Positions 1 through 14,594 are shown, numbered from the whole stretch's first letter. The stretch is 63,994 bases of DNA, filler included, from Reticulomyxa filosa (GCA_000512085.1; 20 parts of 20 records of this genome joined end to end with filler, not necessarily neighbours in it), one strand, 5' to 3'. The notes: generated by a model from the letters alone, not told the origin. Translations and numbers: made by a program.

Positions 1-1721
<1,721 letters not shown>

Positions 1722-2726
1722 CTGCAGAGCACAGCACAAAATTATCACTACATAAATAAATAAACATCTTTGTGTCCACGTGTGAATTTTCTTTTTTTTA
1801 ATTCTTCTTTTTCTTTGTCTTTTTTATTGTTATTGTGCGAAAGTTTTCTGAGGTTTATTGTATTGTCTATTTGTAATGTGTACGTTTTCGTGTTTTTGTG
1901 TGTACGTCGAATGAAGAAGACTATTATTCAATTGTTAGCCGAAATTGTTTAAAACAAAAAAACAAACAAACAAATAAACAAATAAGCATTAAATATCAAA
2001 AGCAAGAAAACAATAAAGATCCAACGACAGGAAAAAAAGAGACATAAAAAAAATCTTCAACAATTGCATTTTCTTATCTTTATTTTTTTGTTTTTTTTAT
2101 TCTTTCTTTTTTTGTTATTTATTATTCATAATATATTTGTCCTTATAGTTTTACTCTTGCTTTGTCTCTTATTACTGTTTGTGCTCTTGTCAGCTTTTTT
2201 AGTAGTGAATACATACTGTTTGTGTGTTGTCCATTTTTGCGTTTTTTTTTGTTGTTTTTTTTTTTGTTTGAGATTTTTAGTTGGTGAATGTACGACTTTC
2301 CTCTTTAGTTCTTCATTTCGATTGTGCCACACTTTTACCAAACAGGGAAACCCAACTATCTACCCGAATATTTTCTCACTATTTCGTTGATACCTTAAGT
2401 GCCTCAGAAGTCATTGCGTCTTTTTTTCCTTTTTTCTCCATTTTGTGTCATTGATCGATTTTTGTTATTTGGATGACAATTAATCATTATTTTCCTTTTT
2501 TAGTGATGTCTTTTTAAAATAAAAGATAATAGGTAGCCTTTGATTGTCCTTGATACTTTGAAGAATTTATTGACAAAAAACATTATTTTATGATATTCGA
2601 AAGTGCTTTGACAAATGATTTAGCTTTTTTGCTGCCTTTTACAATTGAATTATTTACCTCATTTTTTGTTAAGTTTATTTTTCGCTCCCTTTGTTCTTTT
2701 TTTTGAGCATCTAATCATTAGTGCAC

Positions 2727-3385
2727 ATGTCCGAGGCTTCTAACCAAGAGACGAATCCTCCCTCGGCTGAAAGTTGTATTATATTTCAAAAACATTGTGG
2801 TTTTCCTCTATTTCTGCTTGCATTTGACACGTTGTTTTTGACGCAGCGCCTACAATAAAGCCAAAGCCATTTTGGAGTGCTCATGAAATCGTTCCCAATT
2901 TGATTTTAGGGGATGTAAACGTAGTGACTTACAAGCGAGCAATTGAATATTACCCATTAAGTGCAGTTTTAACTGTTTTGAATGATAGTGAGATGCAGTG
3001 TATAAATATTCTAGAAACATTAAAAGAATACAATATTACTGCCGAAAATAACAACTGGCTACGTTTCAATTATAGTGACGGACTTGTTGAAAATGGACTA
3101 CAGAAGGAATTTCACACTGCTGCGGATTTCATTCACAACTGGGTCGATCAGAAACAACAAGCAATCATTGTTCATTGTTGGGCAGGGGCCTCTCGTTCGC
3201 CAACCATTGTCGCTGCATATTTGATCAAGTATCGCGAACATTCCAAAGATAGTGCTTTGCAACTTATTCGAGAGAAAAGAAAAATTGCTTATCCAAATGC
3301 TTTTTTTCTTCAACAGTTGGATGCTTTTGAGCAAAATTTTTCCCGTCAGCAAAACTCTTGTAATTGCACTTGCGTCTTATTGTAG
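2727..3385 (+). CDS. Atypical dual-specificity protein phosphatase with C-terminal CaaX
   Basis: ATG at 2727, one intron (~2773-2846), AHEIVPNLILG, catalytic IVHCWAGASRSPTIVAAYL, YPNAFFLQQL; ends SCNCTCVLL*. Confidence 0.92.
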
Positions 3386-3676
3386 AAATTTTTCACCAGT
3401 TGTAAATTTCTTGTGTTTATATTGTTTGTTTGAATTACATCTTTGAAGATTCAGTGCTAGACACTACAATGTTAAAGATAGATCGTTCAAATTATTTACA
3501 AGTGTATTTTCAGGCGGAGCAGTATAACTTTTCCCAAAAGAAAAACTTTTTACAAAAATTTTACTATATTTTAAGTGACAGTCTTAAAAAATGAAATTTT
3601 TATTTTTTGGGAAAAATTACAATTTTTATTTCGTTTCGGTCCCATTTCTATTGCAAATATTTTTGTGATTTTTCTT

Positions 3677-3730
3677 TTTTTCTGAGTTTGACTCCAATAG
3701 CGTTTTTCTGAGTTTGACTCCAATAGCGTT
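3677..3730. repeat. Tandem duplication, 26-nt unit x2
   Basis: tctgagtttgactccaatagcgtt occurs at 3681 and 3707, in intergenic DNA. Confidence 0.9.
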
Positions 3731-5035
3731 ATTGTTTTGTGAAAATAAATTAATAATTTTAATTATTGCAACAAAATAATCTTGTTTTTATCACAGCGTT
3801 TTAAACATAGCAAAAAAACGGCGTTGGCAACTTCAAATAACTTTAAAGAAAATTGTTCTTCTAAAATAAAAAAAGATAGAGTGAGTGTTTGGCAATTATA
3901 CCTGACTTCTCAATTTTTTTTTTAGTTTTGGGGTGATATGCAGTGCAACTCAGAAAAAAGGGATGCAAAGGGGAAATGATACACGGTCAAATTGTTTTCG
4001 TACATCTTTCGAATTAAGTACACATTTACATCTCCATTGTTTTGAGTTCATTATCATAATATTTTCTTTGCCGATATTATGTTCCAAGATAAAAAGCTGC
4101 CATTAATTTCTTTGCTTCTTCTGGCTTTTGATCAGGTTTTTATACTGCTGCTCATATATTTCAAAATACCTTTACGATTAATGTTTAGATTTCATTGAGA
4201 GTTGATCTTGCAATACGTAATTATTGAATTTTCCGCAAACGCTAGTTTTTTAAAATATAAGAAGTTTGTTATTATTAAGTCTTTTTGAAAATTGTAAAAA
4301 AAACTAAACGAAATTTCTCAATCTCTTAATACAAATTTTACAACTAAGTGAAACAAAATTAGAAATAGTGATACTTTATTTAAACTAAAGCCAAAGTGAA
4401 TAAATTAACTTCAAAACTTAATGTAAATATCGTTGATAGTTGTCATGATAATAATACATGTCAGATATAGAGATTAAGTATATCATAGCGAAATCAGAAA
4501 ACAACTACTAAAAATTAATTAAAGTGAATAAAATAAATATCAAAATACAAAGTTATTTGCAATGTTGAAAAAGATTATAAAATCAATCATTGTGCGAGAT
4601 ATCAATTCGCTAATTGATTGTGTTTATGTTTTCTTCATTTTATTCTCCAGCTTGGAAATAGCGATCTTTACTGAAGTTGATTTATGCAGCATATTCGCGT
4701 TGAATAATATTTTGATTAGACTTTGATATTTGAAATTAATGCTGTTGATAGATTGAATATAGACATGATCATATTTTTTATGTCAACAGTGTTTATTTTC
4801 GTAACTATTGGTAAAAGTGTGTAAATTTTTTAACTTTTTCATTATTTGTTTTTGATAAAATATCTGTACTTAATTGCTTAACATCTATGACAAATCTGTT
4901 GAACTAATTCAAAAATATTAAAAACTTCAAAGAGACAAAGCAGGATTTGAAAAGAAGTTGTCAGATTTTGGGAGGCAACTGGTACTGAAAAACTTGAATT
5001 CATTCCAAAACTACTCCGTTTACTGTCTAATAAAT

Positions 5036-8000
5036 ATGTATCACGAGCACGAACGTGAAAATCAACATTTATTAGGTGAAGACGATATCAAGTCGGAAGA
5101 TACATTACACAGCGATGATTTGCAAAAACAATTAACAGCAGGCAGAACCCAGCCCATGTCCATTGAAAGAAAGCAGCATGGTCGTGTATGTTATGTTGAT
5201 CCCAATGAATCATTTCCACAGGCCACATACTATGTATCGAGTCAAGTGCAAAGGCCAGCATATAGTAACGACGAGCTACCAGAAGAAACGTCAGTGTCTT
5301 TATCCGATGATGTGCAAGGTTTGTTTCTTCGTCCTAACGTGTTCAATGAATATTTTTTTTTTTTTTTTTTTTTTTTTTCCCCCTCCTCTCCTAGTGTCCC
5401 CTGTGTTTTTATGTGGGTTGTTTTTTTTTTTTTTTTTTCTTTCCTTTGTTCATAGGGTTATAAGTTGGCTTATTTTGATTGTAAAGTGGTTTAAAACATC
5501 TTGAGAAAAATGTTTGTGATATGTGTTTTGTGCGTGATGATTTGGTGCACGGGATAACGGAAAACATGAACATAAATGTAGAAGATAAATTAAACGCAAC
5601 GACACAAGAAAAAGACAAGACAGCATTGGCAATAGAAACCGACGACACAGCAGATCTGATAAAGTCAGAACTTTTCACAACGAAAGGTCGCTGGCGATTC
5701 AATTTGTTCGGCGGCAAAGGCAAAATTTCCCAAGAGGAAAAAAATTTAGTGCGGCAAGTATCTACGACAGAAACGGCTGAACCCACTGAATCAACAGCTC
5801 AAAATCCGCTTGATGGTGTTTTTTTTTTTTTTTTTCATCCCCTCAGTCAACCGGATAACTTCGCACCTTTTTTTTTTGGGGGGGCGGGGGGGAGGAAAGT
5901 TAAAAAAAAAAAAAAAACTAAAATGATCCAAAAAAAAAAAACAACACCACAATAGCATCAACTACATCCGAGCCGGTACCAAAACTTGGGACTGGTGGTG
6001 TTTATTTGAACGTGTTGCTTAGCATTTTTGGTGTGATTGTATTCTTGCGACTTGCATTTGTCGTGGGCCAGGCAGGGCTGATAAATTATATAATAATTTT
6101 GTTTTTGTCGACAATGGTGACCAGCCTGACGTGCTTGTCGCTGGCGGCTATTTGCAGCAACGGCTTACCGAAGAATGGCGGAGCATATTACGTAACCAGT
6201 CGCACCATTGGACCACATGTTGGGTCCACCATTGGACTGTTGCTAAGCATCGGTATGAGCGTTGCTATTTCTTCCTACGTTATTGGCTTTGCTGAAACGA
6301 TGCGCTCGAGCATTGGAGTGGTAGTTACCAACTCACCCATTAATGGTTTGCTTTTATGGATTTTTAATACATATGCATATACACACATACATATACATAT
6401 ATGTATGTATATACAATGCTTTCATTTGTTTTTAATCGATTGGAAATACAAATACATTTGCATATGAAAATAATTGGACCAAACAACACTTTAGACACTC
6501 GATTGTATGGAGTATTGCTGTCAATATTTTATTGACTTGGACTTTGATGGGCGTGAGTTGGGTCGTTAAACTTCAATATTGGTTGATTGTCATTCTTGCC
6601 TTGGCTATTTCATCCTTTCTGGTCGGGTGCTTTTTGCATCATGATAACAAACAATTGCTCGGTATTAAGGGCTGGACGACAGGAAACATTGCCAACAATT
6701 TGTGGCCGCATTACACTGTCGACAATGGAGTGAAGTATGATTTTTGGCAATGCTTGTCACTTTTCTTTCGTTATGTGAGTTGTTGTTATTTTGTTTTGTG
6801 ACACTTTTCATAAATTTACAAATTTAAATCAATTATATACACTTTTTTTTTTTTTAATATACATATGTACTTATACATATACACATCACAAAATTGCAAA
6901 TGGGTACAATAGCTGCTTGCACGGAGATCTTAGCTGGTGCCAACATCGCCACTGAATTGCGAGATCCTGGAAAAAACATTTCTAGAGGTGTGTAAATGAT
7001 TTTAAACCAAACAAACAAACAAAAACTCAAAGAGGGGGGGGAGGAGGAAGGAATTTTATTTATTTATTCTTTTTTTGGAAAAGGATGGAAATTGAATGGA
7101 CCAATGTATGGTGTGGCATAGGCACAATATCGGCAATTATGACAACATCGTTTGTATATTTGGTAATGGGCATAGCGGCCGCTGGCGCGGTGACCTCAGA
7201 GGGTCTGTTGAAAAACTACTTGTGTATGGTCGACATTGCCGCACTACCGCTGTTTGTGTTCATGGGCATTTATGCGGCCACTTTGAGTAGCGCCTTGAGT
7301 GTGCAATTGTGCGCCCCTCGCATTTTAATGTCTGTTGCAAACGATAATGTGTTGCCCTCGCTCAAAGTGTTTGGAAAAACGAATAAAAAAGGAGATCCCG
7401 TTGCTTCCGCATTCACCTGCTGTGGCATTTCCCTTATTTGTGTCATCATTGGTGATTTGAACATTGTTGCCCCATTGATTACACAAGTTTGTCAATCTTG
7501 TTTGTAATGTCTTTTGTTGTGTTATCTTCCACGTGACGATGACACTTTAGCTTGGAAACGAAATTGCAATAAAATTCAAACACTTACAAAAAAAAAAAAA
7601 TAATGTCTTAGTTTTTCTTGGGAACATACGGATTTGTGTCGCTGGCTTGTTTCGTAATGAGCATTAGCCATTCTCCGGCTTGGCGTCCATCTTTTCGCTA
7701 TTATAATAAATACACTGCGCTCACTGGCTTTATTCTCTGCTTTGTGCTCATGCTCGCCACGTCGTGGCTGTACGCGCTGCTCACTTTTGGATTGGGAATC
7801 GGCATTTGCTGTTACATTTTGTATACGAAGCCGGATGTTTATTGGGGCTCCGCTTTAGATAGTCGAGCGAAATACAAAGTTACATCTATATACATAAATA
7901 ATTAACGTGCAGGAAAAGAAGTGCATGTCAACAATGAAATCGGTTTTGTGCTTTTTTTTTATTTTATTTTAAATTTTATTTTTGAATAGGCCAACAAAGC

Positions 8001-8453
8001 AGTGCTGGACTTAGTCGATTTCAAATACCATGTGAAAAATTACCAACCATCGTTCTTGGTGTTGTGCGGCGATCCAGAATCGAGATTACCTTTGGTCAAA
8101 TTTGTTCATACACTGCGACACGCCAATGGTACTACCGTTTATAGCAATATCGTGATAGGAAAGTTCCATGATCACGCGGCATCATCTGGGAACAATGCTG
8201 ATAGCTATTTGCCGAGACACCTGAAAATCCGCGCCTTTTATCACAAAATCGTTGCACCCAATCTGAAAAATGGAGTTGACGCTTTGATGCAATTGAACGG
8301 GTTGGGCAAATTGAAAACCAACGTGTTGGTTATGGGATTCAAAAACGCTGGCATAAATTCACACCAAATGCTCAAGCTTTGGACGTTGACGAAAAAACGA
8401 AAGAAGATCGACTCACCAATGAAGAATATGTGGAATTATTGGGAGATTGCATG
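5036..8453 (+). CDS. SLC12 cation-chloride cotransporter family protein, multi-exon, 3' truncated
   Basis: KLGTGGVYLNVLLSIFGVIVFLRL, NGGAYYVTSRTIGP, CTEILAGANI..ELRDPGKNI, ATLSSALS..APRIL, SPAWRPSFRYYN, HVKNYQP, GLGKLKTNVLVMGFK. Apparent one-base loss in the A-run near 8341-8345. Confidence 0.93.
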
Positions 8454-8547
8454 GTTAGCATATATACATATATATATATATATATAATATATAAATATAT
8501 AAGTATATAAGTATATATGTATATGTTTAATCTATTGTTCTTTTATT

Positions 8548-8647
8548 NNNNNNNNNNNNNNNNNNNNNNNNNNNNNNNNNNNNNNNNNNNNTTAATTAAT
8601 TAANNNNNNNNNNNNNNNNNNNNNNNNNNNNNNNNNNNNNNNNNNNN
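8548..8647. other. Artificial contig spacer (first of 19)
   Basis: N44-TTAATTAATTAA-N44, with stops in all six frames. Identical 100-nt copies start at 8548, 12702, 14265, 26183, 27479, 31390, 33651, 36670, 42640, 44053, 46674, 48496, 49684, 53191, 55332, 56784, 58115, 59215 and 62867. Confidence 0.99.
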
Positions 8648-10656
8648 ATGAACTTGTGAACAAAACTAAACACCGAAATTTCGAAGGAAAATATTATTTG
8701 GACATGAACATGTTTATGAATATTAAAAAAAGTGAAAATAATAGCTTTCATAATCAAAAGGAACAAGCACACAAAATATATTACAGAACAATCCAATTTT
8801 TATTGTTGAACTGCATACATAAAAAAAAAGTTGAAATACCATTTGGAACGTGGTTGCAATGTGCGAAAACAGAGTTTTTGATTTAAAATGAAATAGATTA
8901 CGTATATATTCATTTCTTTGTTTTATAAAAAAGAAATTTCTTTTAGGACCTTTGATCGATAAGAGCTTTTCCATTTTTGGTATGCATATTCATATGCAGT
9001 AACACGATGATATGGTAAAATTTCAATATAAAAAAAAATATCATAATGATAGATTACAAATTATAAACTCGATTTCCATGGATATAACTAAACAAAAAAT
9101 ATCTCCAATTCTGCATCAAGTGTATTGGCTAGTCTTTGCAATTTGTATTTTATTCAAGTTGCTGAATAACAAGTAGCAAGTAGATCTATACTTTCTTTCT
9201 TATAAAAAAACATTTATAGTCCTAATTTAAATTTTATTTAAAAACCAATTTTTTATTTACTTCAAAAAGTATATACTTTTTTAACGACCTTCTAAGTACT
9301 TCTATAAACAGAAATTTCAATCTAAATAGGTCTTTGCAAAAGGGATGATTTTTTTAATATTTTCTTTTAGCCTATCTAATGTACAATTACGAAACTAAAG
9401 AAATATAATTTGCTAATTCTAGTTTTGTTCCACGTTGTCTATCGCCAAAAGTACACTCCTTTAACCATTTGCTTCTCATTTGATACGATTACAAGAAAAA
9501 CAAACTTGACAAGTGCATTCAAGAGTATATGTATAGGAAATATCAATTTTATTTATTTGCAAAATTTCAATTGTTTCAACTATTGCTTTTTTTTGTAAAG
9601 GAACAAAAGAAAAGTTAAGCATATTTCGAGCATCCACTAATATTTTAAAACATACTACTTAAAGATTTGATAATACACTTGACGCAATATTAATCTGTTA
9701 ATATGCTAGTCAATGCTGTAGAGATATTCAAGCAACTCTTTATCTGATGTGTTTTTTTTCTTTTTGCATTGCACAATCCGTCTTTTCTTGTATAAAAAAA
9801 AATTTTGAAACGTTTTTGAAAACGTATGTAATGATTTTGTTTTTCATGAAAATACAGTTAATCAATTCCGTTAGTATTTCATTAGTTCATTATGTATGCA
9901 GTATAAAAAGATTGGTTTGAAAAAAGTCAATGAAAACAACAGCAAAAATTCAATCTCCATTTTATACAAATTGATATTACGGTACAATAGGGAGTATACA
10001 CGGTTACATGTAAACAAATAACAAAACTATGATCACTTCAAAAGAAGGGTAAATAGCATCTAGAATACTCGATGTAAATATAGCAGTTATGATAAAAAGA
10101 TATGCAAATTTATTTGGGTTTATTATTATTATTTTGGAAATACCTTGCGAATAACAACAAAGACATAATTTGTTGAAACGAAGATTTGAATAGTTATTTA
10201 TTGAAAATCGATCCAATAAACTAAAGAAAATTTCTGACGTCAGCAAGACTGTTTTAGACATTTTTAAATCTGTCCTGGCTATTGACTGCACTATTGATGA
10301 CCTTTTTCTTAGAAGAAAGAAGTACATTAAGCGGAATAGATGATCATGACAAAAAGGGTTTTAGAATTTTATTTTCAACTCCCTCGCAAATGTAAAATTG
10401 TAATTGTTTTGTTTTTAAATAGAAAATCTTCAAAATAGAAACTGTTTCTATTTTTGCATAAAAAACTACATTCCTCCATTTAATGTCCGTTTATTAAAAA
10501 AGAGTTTTTCCAAAAACAATAATTTCATTCATATTTGCAATTAGTTTTTTTTAAAAAAACTGACTCACTTCTCCGTTTTTGTAAAATTAAAAAAAAATTC
10601 AACTCCAAATTTTTTACTGAATTTTTGGTTGCCTATTACTAATAAAACAAAAAAAA

Positions 10657-12643
10657 ATGAAGCAAGCAAAGGAAGAAAACTCAAGAGATGAAGTAAAGAC
10701 TGAAGTAAATTCATTTTCACTCGAACATTCTTGCTTTAACAAAGACTGGATTTTGCGGTCCTATCAACAAGGCAAATCAAACATTTTATTTGTTTGATTT
10801 GCAAAGAAATTGTAAACAATCCTATGGACATAAACTGTCCACATCACGCAAATATGGATGAAGTGCTAATTGCTGGAGAGCATTGCCTAAAATTATTTCT
10901 CGAAAACAATAACAACTCTTGTCCAATTCAACCACATGACAACTGTCAGTATTCAAGAAATAACGCTGTGAGAAAATACATTGATGATTTGACAGTGATT
11001 TGCATAAGACAATTTGAACAAGAGATAAAAATATCACATAAAACTGAAAGAGAAGGAGAAATACCTGGAGTGATTAAATGCGATTTTAAAGGAAAATTAA
11101 AAGATTTAAATAATCATTTAATCAATGAATGCCCTTTAAATTTAATCAATTGTTTGTTTAAACCATTTGGTTGTAATCATACCTGCTTCAGCTACAATTT
11201 AAAAGATCATCTAATTACAAACATGAAATTACATTTTGATTTGGTTACTCAATTATTACAATCTATGAAACAGGAAATTCAATTGAAAGATAATCGAATC
11301 AAACAAATGGAAAGAGATTACCAACAAGAATTGCTCAAGTATCGAGCAGATATTGAAATGATTAAAAGAGATTTCAATGAGAAAGAAAAACAAGTTTTAT
11401 CTAATCATGCAAAAATAGTTAAAGCATTGGAAGAAAAGAATTCCAAATTAACTCAAGATTATGAATTATTACTCCAAAAATTAAATCATCAACATAAAGA
11501 AGAAGAGAAAGTAGAAAACAAAAAACAAAGCTATGAATATACTGCTTTATCATCATTATCTATTAATTTTAATTTGTTTCGTTCATCGTACAAATTAATA
11601 AATACATTCAATGGACATACTAACATTGTGCCGAGTATTGATTACTCAACATTTGATGATTGTCAATTCATTTGTTCTGGATCATATGACAAAACAGTTC
11701 GTGTATGGGATATAAACAAAAATAAACAAATTCAATCATTCAATAGACATTTACTTGATGTGTGTTGTGTGAAATTTTCACAATATCATTATCACAATCA
11801 TCATTGTAATGTCGTCTGTTCTTCATCCAGTGATAAAACAATTCGCTTTTGGGATTTCAAATATAATCAACAATTGCAAGTATTCAACGGACACACTAAC
11901 TGGGTTTATGGCATTGAATTCTCACCATTTAATGGTAGTAGATATTTATGTTCTGGATCTGGTGACAAAACCATTCGTTTATGGGATGTTGAAACGTACA
12001 AATCATTACATGTTTTCAATGGGCATACAAAATCTATTAGATGTATTGATATTTCACCATTGCAAAGCAATAACAACAATAATAAAAATAATGATATTGG
12101 TATGATTGGTGGCAATGGATATACAATTTGTTCTGGATCATCTGATCATACTATTCGAATATGGGATATTGAAACAACAAAACAATTGATTGTATTCAAA
12201 GGACATAAATATGATGTGAATAGTGTAAAATATGGATCAAATGAATTAGTAAATATAATATTATCTGGATCAGATGATGAAAGTGTCCATTTATGGGATA
12301 TTCGATCTAATAAACAAATTCAAATGTTTAAAGGGCATACAAATAATGTACATGCTGTTGAATATTCTCCATTTGCAATAAAGATTGGTGATGAAGTTGT
12401 GAGCGGTAATTCAAATGTGATATGTTCTGGATCATTGGATAATACAATTCGATTTTGGATATTCGATCAAATAAGAAAGAATTGTATGTAATCAAAGGAG
12501 ATGAAAAAGATAATGGAATAACATGTCTTACATTTATATCGTTGAAAAAGAAAGTGAAGAATTACGAACAAAAATCAAAAGATGATTGTGGTATTTATTT
12601 ATATTATGGTTCGAAGAAAGGTCCAATTCGTGTTTGGGGATGA
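10657..12643 (+). CDS. RING-like/TRAF zinc finger + coiled coil + WD40 propeller protein (TRAF7-like architecture); two frameshifts, so possibly a pseudogene
   Basis: CLICK..CPHH..EHC..SCP, CDFKGKLKDLNNHLINEC, KPFGCNHTC..LKDH, a coiled coil, then six GH..SGS.D..WD repeats plus a terminal blade. Frameshifts near 10771 and 12457 (tggat for tgggat). Confidence 0.85.
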
Positions 12644-13173
12644 ATTTTTTGTTTAAATTTGATATAATTTTTTTGCATTGAAAGACATTATTTTTTTAGT
12701 TNNNNNNNNNNNNNNNNNNNNNNNNNNNNNNNNNNNNNNNNNNNNTTAATTAATTAANNNNNNNNNNNNNNNNNNNNNNNNNNNNNNNNNNNNNNNNNNN
12801 NCTCAACAACGTTTCTCACCAGTCGTTTCTCATTTTTTATGTTCGCGTGATGAAGTTTATTTTATTTTTCTTTTTTTTTATATTTCAAAAAACAATAAAA
12901 AAGTGATAATTTTATCAATGAAAAAAAACTCAAAGTACACAACACTGAACAAGAAAATGCAACTTTGATATCAAGAGAAAAGCAACTTCACGACGCAAAA
13001 AAAATTACACGTATTCAAAAAAGTGTTTTTCGCCAAAAAAAAAAAAAAGCAGTTAATACCGGAGAAGGGCAGAAATACAATGATTATCAACTGGGGACAA
13101 TTACAATTAAAATTACCTTAACAAATAATATCTATAATAATATTAATCACCAAAATTATTTTTCGAATTTGAT

Positions 13174-14251
13174 TCATATTCTTAATGCGGCCTCATCTTG
13201 AGACTCAAAAATAACTTTCAAAGATAATTCGCTCAAGGTATTATCCGACACAAATCTGAAATATACAGTTTCCAATTCATGTCTCAATGCAGCATTGCAT
13301 TGGACTCTTCCATCAAAAATATTTCATTTGAAGTGTTTCCACAGTCCAAAAGGCTTTGTGGTGAAGCCAGAAAAGACTGTCAATAATTTGTGGAAATCCA
13401 TTGAGTTATTCATTGATTGCTCCAGTGGAATCAACATGTAGTAACTTCCTTTGGTCAACTGACTTGATAAATCTATTTTTTTTTTGGCGATAACAATAAA
13501 TAAGTAAATATGTACATATATATACGTATGTATACACATACATGGACTCATTTAAACAGCAACACTTCTCTGATGTGATCATCAGCACTGGCAAGGGAAT
13601 GATTGAAATGAGCGTGTTGTTGTGGGAGTTGCTATTGATCATTTTGTTTAATAAACGGATATTATAATGATCATTTTTGATAACTTTGAAAAGGCGTGTG
13701 TTTTGTTTGATTGTGTGCTCATCTTGTGAGTACAAAGTGACAGTTTCGCTAATCGCGGTCAGCGTAGTGGTGTCACTAGTCAATGCTAATTCATGTATCA
13801 AGTCCAATAACCTGTCGCTCTCTTTGCCATCAAATCTGTTTCTATCTTGTGTCATTGTCACCGCATTTGACAAAGTGACTGTTGACACATTATTACTATT
13901 GTTATTGCTATCATTTGTGGACGATGTAGAATTACAACATTGAGCTCTTCCACCAAAAGCATTGCATCCTGAAGTGAGACGCCACAATCCAAAATGCGCC
14001 TGTGGCAATAACTCGTAAAAAACCTTTGAGTCTATCACGGCATCGGTGATACCAGCAGCGACTCCGCTGGTCAGTTTTTCGTAAACGCGGATTTGCTGTT
14101 GGGAGTCATGGACGATGATGACTGCCCTTCTTTTGGGCGTTGTCGACATTATGCTATCCAAAAGCAATCTCAACATGTCGCCCATCACTTTATTCTTCTC
14201 ACCAAATGAAATCACAAACTGTGTGTTCCACACGTGGTTCCAACAAGTCAT
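13174..14251 (-). CDS. Hypothetical protein, 3' part (two exons); last exon interrupted by a TGA or by compensating frameshifts
   Basis: 281-aa ORF with coding-like composition runs into a TA-rich intron (~13474-13545). The downstream exon is open except for TGA at 13324-13326. No family recognised. Confidence 0.5.
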
Positions 14252-14594
14252 TCAATAATTTTTTNNNNNNNNNNNNNNNNNNNNNNNNNNNNNNNNNNNN
14301 NNNNNNNNTTAATTAATTAANNNNNNNNNNNNNNNNNNNNNNNNNNNNNNNNNNNNNNNNNNNNAAACTTTTTTCAAAGATCCCTGTCGTAAATTTTTTA
14401 AATCAAACTTGTACTGTTTTTGTTAATATTAATCATTTAAAAATAAATTTCATTTAATAAAATAGAAAATAATACAAGATTTAGCAAATGTAGACTTTTT
14501 TATCATAAATAATCACTATTAACGAAAAGATATGTTATATTGCTTTGAAATGCAATATTAATTTTTCTCTTGAAATGAACAAACCAAAAAAAAA

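Noticed and set aside
1770-2390. Phe/Leu-rich or Lys-rich ORFs resembling membrane or basic proteins (also 30500-30797, 45488-45751, 51965-52213)
   Set aside because: Translations of poly-T/poly-A or simple-repeat non-coding DNA.
8990-10330. Possible decayed coding remnants (TPR-like), also at 52780-53190
   Set aside because: Only isolated peptide-like pieces with stops in all frames; no family can be supported.
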